Source: Paludibacteraceae bacterium
GTDB lineage: Bacteria > Bacteroidota > Bacteroidia > Bacteroidales > Paludibacteraceae
NCBI GenBank assembly: GCA_045612525.1
Contig: JAZKZF010000023.1
Coordinates: forward strand, 14,097-78,096
DNA: 64,000 nt
Reading direction: 5' to 3'
Part shown: in pieces, positions 56,143 to 64,000 of the stretch
How positions within the stretch are numbered: position 1 is the stretch's first letter
Layout: the number at the start of each line of letters is the position of its first letter
The notes under the pieces: generated by a model
Database searches by the model: none
The model's input: the letters and a program-made list of their open reading frames with translations, nothing else
Told to the model about the DNA's origin: nothing
Made by a program: the position numbers and the translations under genes

Positions 56143-57387
56143 TTATCTGCGGGTTGAACCTCCACTGCGCGATGAAGAACTTGAGCCCGAGCGTGATGCG
56201 CCACCTGACATGCCACCCGACGAGCGCATAGTGCCTGACGAAGAGGAGCGCACCGCTGAACTGCTGGATCGTGATGTTGTGTTAGAGGAGCGCACTGCCG
56301 AGGAAGAGCGCGATGGTGTGGTAGAAGTGCTGACACTGGAGCGCGAGGGTTGCGTGCGTGTGGTAGTAGTGCTACGTGTAGTGGTGGTACGTGAAGGTGT
56401 AGCCGCTGTGCGGGTGGTAGTGGTAGCGGTACGCGTGGTAGTTGTGGTGGAAGTGCGGGTAGCGGTGCCACGAGTAGCGGTAGTGGTTGTACCACGGACA
56501 TTGGAGCTGCCATAGGTAGCGTTGCGCGATGCTTGTACATTGCCACGTGTGGTGGAAGAAGAACTGACGCGCGTAGCGGAACCACGAGTAGAAGTGGTTC
56601 GGGTGGCATTGGCCTCGCGTACGGCAGTGCGTCGGCTCTGCTCGAATGCGCGAGCGTTGGTGACGTTGCGCGATGCATTGCGTGTAGCGAACGAGCGCTC
56701 AGGATGGCGATGTGCATAATCATTGCGGCGCACGCGATCGTACATGTTATGATAGTGCGCATGGTGATGATGTCCCATACGGAAAGAGCAGTAAGGATAG
56801 TGATAGTGGTGCCAATAGCAGTGGTCCCAATAGAGGAAAGGATCGATGCAGTAGTATGGACGCCACCAAGCAGGCCAATATCCCCAATAATAAGGCGAAT
56901 GCCAGCAGACCCATGTAGGTCCCCAGAACCAATCGTAGATCAATGGTCGATAGATATAGACTGGTTCGATGATGTAGTCTGCGCCATAGATATACTCGTC
57001 GCCAACTACCTGTACGGTAACCTGGTTGTTGTCGTCTTTCTCTACAAAGATAGACGCAACATCCTGGTAGATATCCTGTGCTAAAACGGCTTGGATAACG
57101 ACGAGGTGGCGATTATTGTCGGCCGTCTCGATAACACGAAGATAATCGACCTCACCATCGGCATTGAGGTCAAGGTTAGAGAATGCGGAATCGGGATTAT
57201 TGAGCAAAGCCTCGAATTGCTCGAGATCTTTGGATTGTCCAAAGAGTGTAGCGACAGTTTTGAGGTCAAGATTCTCAGAGATGTCGGATGAAGTGGCTGT
57301 GACGGTGACCGTCTCGTCGGCGCTGACATGGTAAGGAACCAATAGTAAGGAAGTAAGCGTCAGGAATAAAAATAATACTCTTCTCAT
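56143..57387 (-). CDS. hypothetical secreted protein with a DxNxDG loop, a Trp/Tyr/His/Cys-rich core and a long Ser/Thr/Arg-rich tail
   Basis: 414 aa with a signal peptide. The biased composition explains the long ORFs in other frames of this region. Confidence 0.6.
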   Translation of the reverse strand: MRRVLFLFLTLTSLLLVPYHVSADETVTVTATSSDISENLDLKTVATLFGQSKDLEQFEALLNNPDSAFSNLDLNADGEVDYLRVIETADNNRHLVVIQAVLAQDIYQDVASIFVEKDDNNQVTVQVVGDEYIYGADYIIEPVYIYRPLIYDWFWGPTWVCWHSPYYWGYWPAWWRPYYCIDPFLYWDHCYWHHYHYPYCSFRMGHHHHAHYHNMYDRVRRNDYAHRHPERSFATRNASRNVTNARAFEQSRRTAVREANATRTTSTRGSATRVSSSSTTRGNVQASRNATYGSSNVRGTTTTATRGTATRTSTTTTTRTATTTTRTAATPSRTTTTRSTTTTRTQPSRSSVSTSTTPSRSSSAVRSSNTTSRSSSSAVRSSSSGTMRSSGGMSGGASRSGSSSSSRSGGSTRR

Positions 57388-57388
57388 A

Positions 57389-58627
57389 TTACACTAAGTT
57401 TAGATTATGATGCATTTTCTCCTTTTTTGTGCGCATATAGCGCATGTTATAGGGATTAGGAGCGATCTCTATAGGAATATTCTCTACAATTTCTATGCCA
57501 AAGCTCTCGAGTCCGATTCGTTTGATAGGGTTGTTAGTCATCAAACGTAGTTTGTGTGCGCCGAGCAGTTGTAGGATCTGCGCCCCTACTCCATAGTTGC
57601 GTTCATCGGGTTGGAATCCGAGATGTAGGTTGGCTTCGACGGTGTCGTCGCCTTGCTCCTGGAGTTTGTATGCACGGATCTTGTTCATGAGTCCAATGCC
57701 TCGTCCCTCTTGGTTCATATATACAATGATACCCTTGCCCTCTTTCTCGACCTTCTGCATGGCCTTGTGTAGCTGTTCTCCACACTCGCATCGTTTTGAG
57801 CCAAAAATATCGCCCGTCATACAAGATGAGTGTACACGACAAAGGATAGGTTCGTGGGGTTGCCATTCACCTTTGACAAGTGCTATATGCTCTAGTCCGG
57901 TTGTGAGTTCTCGGAAGGGTGTAAGCATAAAATTGCCAAACTCAGTAGGTAGGTTGACAGTCTCTCCTTGTTCGACTAGTGCTCCTCGCTTGTTGCCTGC
58001 AGGCAGTTGTCCTTTAGCCTCTTCGTCTTTCAAGCGGTATGCAATGAGGTCCTTGATAGATACGAGGCTGAGTCCATATTGCTGAGCTACCTGTTCGAGT
58101 TGTGGCATACGTGCCATGGTGCCGTCTTCGTTCATGATCTCGATGAGTGCAGCGACAGGTTGCAATCCTGCCAATCGGGCGAGATCTACGGCAGCCTCGG
58201 TGTGTCCAGCGCGTTGTAGTACGCCTCGCTCTTGCGCATATAGAGGATTGATATGCCCAGGTCGACCGAAGGTTTGTGGCGTAGAAGTCGGATCTGCCAA
58301 AGCTCGGATGGTAGCAGCACGGTCGTCGGCGCTCACACCAGTAGTGCATCCCTCCAGTTTGTCGACTGTGACGGTGAATGGTGTGCCAAGCATCGAGGTA
58401 TTATTCGATACTTGGTGCATCAATCCCAACTCGGCACAGCGAGTCTCAGGCAGAGGTACGCAGAGTACACCACGTCCGTGTTGGAGCATAAAGTTCACCT
58501 TTTCAGGTGTTATCATCTCAGCCGCAATGATGAAATCGCCTTCATTCTCACGATCTTCATCATCCACTACAATCACGAATTTACCTTCGCGAATATCTTC
58601 GATAGCTTTTTCGATTGTATCCATCAT
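57389..58627 (-). CDS. ribBA: bifunctional 3,4-dihydroxy-2-butanone-4-phosphate synthase / GTP cyclohydrolase II
   Basis: 412 aa. The DHBP synthase half carries [10 protein letters not shown], and the GCH II half carries [20 protein letters not shown]. Confidence 0.95.
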   Translation of the reverse strand: MMDTIEKAIEDIREGKFVIVVDDEDRENEGDFIIAAEMITPEKVNFMLQHGRGVLCVPLPETRCAELGLMHQVSNNTSMLGTPFTVTVDKLEGCTTGVSADDRAATIRALADPTSTPQTFGRPGHINPLYAQERGVLQRAGHTEAAVDLARLAGLQPVAALIEIMNEDGTMARMPQLEQVAQQYGLSLVSIKDLIAYRLKDEEAKGQLPAGNKRGALVEQGETVNLPTEFGNFMLTPFRELTTGLEHIALVKGEWQPHEPILCRVHSSCMTGDIFGSKRCECGEQLHKAMQKVEKEGKGIIVYMNQEGRGIGLMNKIRAYKLQEQGDDTVEANLHLGFQPDERNYGVGAQILQLLGAHKLRLMTNNPIKRIGLESFGIEIVENIPIEIAPNPYNMRYMRTKKEKMHHNLNLV

Positions 58628-58629
58628 AT

Positions 58630-60117
58630 TTACTTACGTTTAACGAGATTACGTTTTAAAAATTTAATCACTTTGATTTTGATATATCCCAAATACTTCA
58701 TCCATACTTCGGGGTTGAATAATGTGGAATCAGTAGCTGCTTTGTATGTCAGGAATATGCCGATGGGCAACAGCACCATGGAACTGAGCCACATACCAGC
58801 CCAGCAAGGCCATAGTGCCTCACGAGCCATCTTGTATCCAGTATTATCAATGATATAATAAATGATAAACATCACGACAGAAATGACGACAGGTGCTCCT
58901 AGTCCTCCCTTGCGTGTGATGGCGCCTAGTGGAGCTCCAATAAAAAAGAAAATGAGGCAAGCGAATGCGAGGGTGAACTTGCGATAGAGTTCGACCTCAT
59001 GTTTGCGTATATAGCGTTGGTAGTCATTGAGCATCAATGCGTTGTAGTCGATCTGGTCGCGTTGTGCTTTGGCTTTTTCCAATGCAGCTGACAAGGCACG
59101 ATATCGTTCATCATCCGAGAAGACTCCGTAAAGTGAGTCAAGGTTGAAGACGTTATTTTGATCAGTATTTCCCTGCCAATTTTCGACATCACGATTAGCC
59201 ACTCGCTCACGTCCAAAATAGCGACTGCTGACCATGGCTTGGCTCTGTTCGATGCTTCGATCATGTGCGAGCAGTTGTACGGAATCAATGGACTGTACGA
59301 GTTCGACGACATCTTTCGCCACATGTTGGTCGGCCAGGACATCCTCATTGTATCGGTCGAATTCCATATCAAATTCAATGAGCATTTGCTTTTGTGCGAA
59401 ACTCTCACGCCGGTATGGGATATTCTGCTCGGAATTAGTGGCACGTTGCTGGTTGTTGTCAAGATTCTCAAAAGACTCACCGGCATACACACAGAGCAAG
59501 AGGTATTTTTTGTCGTCGGTAAAGAAGATACGTCCCGAGTCTGCTACGATGACGCTTGCGTTGCGGAATCCTTCTGAATAGTCGTAGATCATCATGTCGT
59601 AGAGCATACCGTTTATTGGGTTTTTCTTTCGGACATAAACGTTGTATCCCTCTATACCATCATAGAACTCGCCTTGTGGTATGTCAAGTTCGGGTGACTT
59701 CTGCTTGAGTGAGAAGATCAGCGCCCAAAGTTTGACTTGCGACACAGGTAGTACATTATTCGAGAAAAAGAATGCTCCTACAGAAACAAAAGCAATGGCT
59801 ACAGCCAATGGGCGCATGATACGAAAGAGACTAATTCCAGCAGCCTTCATGGCTGTAAGTTCGAATTTCTCTCCCAGATTGCCAAAGCTCATCAATGATG
59901 CCAATAATATGGCCAACGGCAATGCTAATGGGACTACCGATGCGACTGCGTAGAGAAAAAACTCCGCCAACACGCTGATGCCAACACCCTTTCCCACGAG
60001 GTCATTGACGTGCATCCAAACGAACTGCATCAGCAGGATGAAGACGCATATCAAGAAGGTCATCATCAGCAGCCCTAGAAACTGTTTGAGCAAGTATATG
60101 TCAATCTTTTTTATCAC
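58630..60117 (-). CDS. LptF/LptG family permease
   Basis: 495 aa with the YjgP/YjgQ-type topology: 3 TM helices, a large periplasmic domain, then 3 TM helices. Confidence 0.8.
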   Translation of the reverse strand: MIKKIDIYLLKQFLGLLMMTFLICVFILLMQFVWMHVNDLVGKGVGISVLAEFFLYAVASVVPLALPLAILLASLMSFGNLGEKFELTAMKAAGISLFRIMRPLAVAIAFVSVGAFFFSNNVLPVSQVKLWALIFSLKQKSPELDIPQGEFYDGIEGYNVYVRKKNPINGMLYDMMIYDYSEGFRNASVIVADSGRIFFTDDKKYLLLCVYAGESFENLDNNQQRATNSEQNIPYRRESFAQKQMLIEFDMEFDRYNEDVLADQHVAKDVVELVQSIDSVQLLAHDRSIEQSQAMVSSRYFGRERVANRDVENWQGNTDQNNVFNLDSLYGVFSDDERYRALSAALEKAKAQRDQIDYNALMLNDYQRYIRKHEVELYRKFTLAFACLIFFFIGAPLGAITRKGGLGAPVVISVVMFIIYYIIDNTGYKMAREALWPCWAGMWLSSMVLLPIGIFLTYKAATDSTLFNPEVWMKYLGYIKIKVIKFLKRNLVKRK

Positions 60118-60602
60118 CCTTTCAAATTATCTGATACGAAACTGAGTGGCAGCAGGTCCTTGGCTTTGTGGAAGATATAGCATCCTTCTTCGCCGTAGAG
60201 GACGACCTGCATGTCTTGTCCATAGCGATGTTCCGTTTCGAGCATCACTTGTCGGCATGCGCCACATGGAGTGCCAGCCTGCTTGGTAAAATGCCCATTG
60301 GTAAAGCATGCAATGGCTAAGGCTTTTACCGGAGTATTGGGGTGATTGGCGTTGGCTGCAAACAAGGCAGTACGTTCAGCACATATACCGCTAGGGTATG
60401 CTGCATTCTCCTGATTAGCACCGGTAATGATGGTACCATCATTGAGCAAGGCGGCTGCGCCGACATGGAAATGCGAATATGGGCAATAGGCATCTTGCGT
60501 CTTTTGCTTGGCGACCTCGATCAGATGGCGGAGTTCGTCGTTGAGTTCGTCCACCGTGCAAGCAGTAATACTCGTTTGCAAATTTATCTCTTTCATATCC
60601 AT
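60114..60602 (-). CDS. cdd: cytidine deaminase
   Basis: Zinc motifs CAERTA and PCGACRQ are present. I trimmed the start to MDMKEINL because the promoter box lies inside the longer ORF. Confidence 0.88.
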   Translation of the reverse strand: MDMKEINLQTSITACTVDELNDELRHLIEVAKQKTQDAYCPYSHFHVGAAALLNDGTIITGANQENAAYPSGICAERTALFAANANHPNTPVKALAIACFTNGHFTKQAGTPCGACRQVMLETEHRYGQDMQVVLYGEEGCYIFHKAKDLLPLSFVSDNLKG

Positions 60603-60645
60603 ACAGTATTTGATGATTAATACTCTACTAAACATAATTAGCGCA

Positions 60646-60653
60646 CAAAGGTA
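60646..60653 (-). promoter_or_regulatory. -7 promoter box TACCTTTG for the cdd-lptFG-ribBA operon
   Basis: The plus strand reads CAAAGGTA. Confidence 0.55.
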
Positions 60654-60746
60654 CAAAAATTCTTTCACATATGCAAATTGCATTGGAAAATTTCATTTTT
60701 TTAACAATGATTTCACACCTAACTTGCATATCTCAAAAAAAAGTAG

Positions 60747-60754
60747 TACCTTTG
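60747..60754 (+). promoter_or_regulatory. -7 promoter box TACCTTTG for pheT
   Basis: An exact match lies about 80 nt upstream of the ATG at 60835. Confidence 0.5.
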
Positions 60755-60834
60755 TGCGATAATTTGGTGTTTTGTAGCTATACTGCATGATTAGTCACCA
60801 AAAGTCAAGTTATTTTAGATAAAATAAATGCATT

Positions 60835-63351
60835 ATGAATATATCGTACAATTGGTTGAAACGCTACATTGCGCTTGAAGATAGCGCAGAGCAAGTAGCA
60901 CAAATCTTGACTTCCATTGGTTTGGAAGTTGGTAAAGTAGAGCAAGTTCAAACCATCAAAGGCGGTTTGGAAGGTTTGGTAGTGGGCGAGGTTGTTACCT
61001 GCGTAGATCATCCCAACTCCGACCACCTGCATATCACTACCACCCGTGTAGCTCCGAATGCTGAGCCATTGCAAATCGTGTGTGGGGCGCCCAATGTGGC
61101 TGCAGGTCAGAAGGTGATTGTAGCTACCGTAGGCACCGTGCTATATGACGGCGATGAGAAATTCACTATTAAGAAAGGCAAGATTCGCGGTGAGGAGTCG
61201 CTGGGTATGATTTGCGCTGAAGATGAGATTGGCGTAGGCAATAGTCACGACGGCATTATGGTATTGCCAGCAGATACTCCCGTAGGTATGCCTGCGAAAG
61301 AGTATTTCGGCGTGGAAGATGATACAATGATCGAAGTGGACATCACCCCTAACCGTGCGGACGGCGCAAGTCACTATGGTGTGGCGCGCGATTTGTATGC
61401 GTACTATCAAGCTCATGGAAAGGACGTAGCGCTGACTAAGCCAAGTGTAGAGGCGTTTAAAGTGGAGAGCAATGCATTGCCTATTGAGGTGGTAGTGGAG
61501 AATACAGATGCTTGCCCTCGCTATACAGGCGTGAGCATTAAAGGTGTGACCATCAAAGAGTCGCCAGATTGGTTGAAGAAAGCGTTGGGTGCAGTAGGTA
61601 TCCGCTCGATTAACAACGTGGTGGACGTGACAAACTTCGTATTGCATGAGATGGGACAAGCCTTGCACTCGTTTGATGCCGATAAGATCAAAGGCAATAA
61701 GGTAATTGTAAAGAACGCCAATGAAGGGGAGAAGTTTGTGACACTAGACGGAGTGGAGCGCACTATGTCGTCGGCCGACTTGATGATTTGCAATGCAGAG
61801 GAGCCAATGTGTATCGCGGGCGTCTTTGGCGGACAAGATTCGGGTATCACCGAGCAGACAACCAACGTCTTTTTAGAGAGCGCATATTTCAACCCTGTGA
61901 GCATTCGCAAGACAGCTCGCAGACATCAGTTGTCGACAGATGCTAGTTTCCGCTATGAGCGCGGTTGCGATCCAAACAATACGTTGTACGTACTGAAGCG
62001 TTGCGCGCTGCTGATCCAAGAAGTGGCAGGTGGTGAGATTGCGATGGAGGTGACTGACGTCATAGGCGATGAGACTATTAAGCCATTAGGCGAGAACCCA
62101 TTTGCACCATTCGCAGTAGAGTTTAATATCGATCGTGCTAACGCGCTGATTGGAAAGACATTGAGCGAAGATTTGATTGAGAAAATCTTAGTAGCGCTGG
62201 AGGTAGAGATCTATAGCAAAGCCGGTAAAGTATGGCAATTAGGTGTGCCTCGTTATCGCGTGGATGTACATCGCGAGTGCGACGTAGTGGAAGATATCTT
62301 GCGTTTGTACGGCTTTAACAATATTGAGTTCCCAGAAAAGTTGAACACTTCGCTCAGCTATAGTCCAAAACCAAATCCAGTAGCATTGCAGGTGCGTATC
62401 TCGGAGCAATTGACCGCTCAGGGATTCAATGAGATACTGAACAACTCGTTGACCAAAGTATCCTACTACGAGCCATTGGAAGGTTATACATTGGCTAGTT
62501 GTGTGAAAATTATGAATCCGTTGAGCCAAGACCTAGGCGTGATGCGTCAGACCTTGCTCTTTGGTGGTTTGGAGAGTATTCAACGCAATGCGAACCGCAA
62601 GAATGCGGATTTGAAGTTCTATGAGTTTGGCAACTGCTACCACTACGATGCAGAAAAGATTGCCACTCGTCAAGCCAAAGATCCACATTGGGTATATGAT
62701 CCACTCTATGCATACAGCGAGGAGCCACACTTGGCATTGTGGGTGACAGGTAACAAGACAGCACAATCATGGGTGCAGAAAGAAGAGAAGACTACTTTCT
62801 ACCAGCTGCACGCATACGTGAATAACGTGCTTCGTCGTTTGGGTGTGAACATCGCCAATTGCAAGTTGCAACCTATACACAACGAGCTCTTTGATGATGG
62901 TTTGACCATCCTCGCCCCTAACGGCAAGCAGATTGGTGTGATGGCCGTAGTGGCTAGAAAGCAGCTCAAGGCATTTGATATTGACAATGCAGTATATTAT
63001 GCCGATTTGGATTGGAACATGCTGCTCCGCTTGCATAAGCAATACAAGCCCGTTATCAATGATTTGCCTAAGTATCCTGAAGTGAAACGCGATTTTGCGT
63101 TGCTCGTGGACAAACAAGTGACCTTTGCGGACTTGGCACAAGCTGCCTATGCTACGGAAAAGAAATTGCTAAAAGCTGTGAACTTGTTTGACGTATATGA
63201 GGGCAAAAATCTGGAGGCAGGCAAGAAGAGTTATGCATTGTCGTTTATCCTACAAGACGCAGATAACACCTTAAAAGACAAACAGATAGAAGCCATCATG
63301 GCAAAATTGCAAAAGACTTTCGAAGAGAAATTCGGAGCCAAATTGCGCTAA
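60835..63351 (+). CDS. pheT: phenylalanine--tRNA ligase beta subunit
   Basis: 838 aa with an N-terminal tRNA-binding OB domain, B3/4 and B5 domains and a C-terminal FDX-ACB domain. Confidence 0.95.
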   Translation: MNISYNWLKRYIALEDSAEQVAQILTSIGLEVGKVEQVQTIKGGLEGLVVGEVVTCVDHPNSDHLHITTTRVAPNAEPLQIVCGAPNVAAGQKVIVATVGTVLYDGDEKFTIKKGKIRGEESLGMICAEDEIGVGNSHDGIMVLPADTPVGMPAKEYFGVEDDTMIEVDITPNRADGASHYGVARDLYAYYQAHGKDVALTKPSVEAFKVESNALPIEVVVENTDACPRYTGVSIKGVTIKESPDWLKKALGAVGIRSINNVVDVTNFVLHEMGQALHSFDADKIKGNKVIVKNANEGEKFVTLDGVERTMSSADLMICNAEEPMCIAGVFGGQDSGITEQTTNVFLESAYFNPVSIRKTARRHQLSTDASFRYERGCDPNNTLYVLKRCALLIQEVAGGEIAMEVTDVIGDETIKPLGENPFAPFAVEFNIDRANALIGKTLSEDLIEKILVALEVEIYSKAGKVWQLGVPRYRVDVHRECDVVEDILRLYGFNNIEFPEKLNTSLSYSPKPNPVALQVRISEQLTAQGFNEILNNSLTKVSYYEPLEGYTLASCVKIMNPLSQDLGVMRQTLLFGGLESIQRNANRKNADLKFYEFGNCYHYDAEKIATRQAKDPHWVYDPLYAYSEEPHLALWVTGNKTAQSWVQKEEKTTFYQLHAYVNNVLRRLGVNIANCKLQPIHNELFDDGLTILAPNGKQIGVMAVVARKQLKAFDIDNAVYYADLDWNMLLRLHKQYKPVINDLPKYPEVKRDFALLVDKQVTFADLAQAAYATEKKLLKAVNLFDVYEGKNLEAGKKSYALSFILQDADNTLKDKQIEAIMAKLQKTFEEKFGAKLR

Positions 63352-63499
63352 GTTATTGATGACATACGAAGAATACATACAGGAGCAAGAGGCAGCATTC
63401 GCCGAAGAACATTCGGACGGATGCTGTTTCGTAGAACAACAAGCAGAAGGAGTGTTTGTGCGAGGGCATTAACTCCTTACATCGTATCGACATATTGGC

Positions 63500-64000
63500 A
63501 TGAATATCAAGAAGTACCTAATAGTAATCGTAGTAGTATTGACTATTTGCAACTTAGTAGCTGCACCATTCACTATCAACGGAAGACATATCGTGTACAA
63601 CCAGACGGATAGTATGTACATGTGTGTGCTTCCTGATTCGCTATTCTATGGAAAAGACTACCCAGCAATCATTCACCCAGATACCCTCTTTGAGGAGAAA
63701 ATAGATACGATTACCGCCGATACCACCTTATACGAATACCTCGTTAATGTGTGCGACACCACATTGCTTCAAGACACCGTGGTGTACTGCGATAGCGTAG
63801 TGCTGACCGACACCACCATCGTAGTAGATAGTATCATCTATCGTGTAGACACGGCATGGGTGTGCGACACGGTATTGATGCAAGACACTTTGGTCAACTG
63901 CGATAGTATAGTGCGGGCAGATAGCCTATTCGTAGTGGATACGATAGTACGTATGGATACGGCATGGGTATGCGATACTATTTTTGCACAAGATACGATG
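63500..64000 (+). CDS. secreted repeat protein, N-terminal part (3' end beyond window)
   Basis: An ATG at 63500 opens a frame with no stop to the window end. This frame is not in the ORF track because it lacks a stop. It has a hydrophobic signal (MNIKKYLIVIVVVLTICNLVAA) and then D[TS]xxxx hexapeptide periodicity organised in 36-37-aa repeats with conserved Cys. Confidence 0.55.
   Translation, partial: MNIKKYLIVIVVVLTICNLVAAPFTINGRHIVYNQTDSMYMCVLPDSLFYGKDYPAIIHPDTLFEEKIDTITADTTLYEYLVNVCDTTLLQDTVVYCDSVVLTDTTIVVDSIIYRVDTAWVCDTVLMQDTLVNCDSIVRADSLFVVDTIVRMDTAWVCDTIFAQDTM

Noticed and set aside
56100-57084. Long ORFs in alternative frames or on the other strand (56100-56762 minus, 56210-56515 plus, 56533-57084 plus)
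   Set aside because: They are by-products of the strongly skewed, GC-rich repetitive coding sequence of the 414-aa secreted protein. Only that frame has a signal peptide, and it abuts ribBA in operon fashion.
58628-58700. FMN riboswitch upstream of ribBA
   Set aside because: ribBA starts 2 nt after the lptF/G-family stop codon. There is no leader in which a riboswitch could reside.
63360-63473. 37-aa ORF (MTYEEYIQEQEAAF...) just after pheT, and ORF 63421-63612
   Set aside because: The first is too short and has no recognisable features. The second is an alternative frame overlapping the better-supported signal-peptide ORF that starts at 63500.

Overview
The window looks like a chromosomal segment from a Bacteroidales, Prevotella-like bacterium. 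I infer this from repeated TAnnTTTG -7 promoter boxes, the gene content, and secreted proteins with signal-peptidase-I type leaders. It holds about 50 protein genes, mostly housekeeping: coaD, sdaA, PBP1A, mfd, mnmA, cdsA, cinA, mntP, def, ruvX, gyrA, lysS, gpsA, pgi, ribBA, cdd, pheT, a superoxide dismutase and a reverse rubrerythrin. It also holds one tRNA-Gly(CCC) followed directly by RNase P RNA, and a GH13 gene. A three-gene accessory locus at 19.2-25.6 kb encodes secreted multidomain surface proteins that share cassette-like promoter/signal-peptide and C-terminal-tail/terminator ends. An operon at 25.7-28.8 kb (5-alpha-reductase-like, OYE flavoreductase, SDR) resembles the allo-bile-acid cluster known from gut Bacteroidota, and sits next to a GH3-EamA pair. 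The most unusual unexplained signal is a pervasive family of short-unit tandem arrays (7, 10, 11 and 29 nt) and array-hairpin-array composites. These fill intergenic spacers exactly from stop codon to start codon, share sequence cores between distant loci, and appear once inside the sdaA coding region. I saw no CRISPR array, transposase, integrase or recognisable defence genes. All calls come from reading the sequence and ORF track by eye, with no database search.
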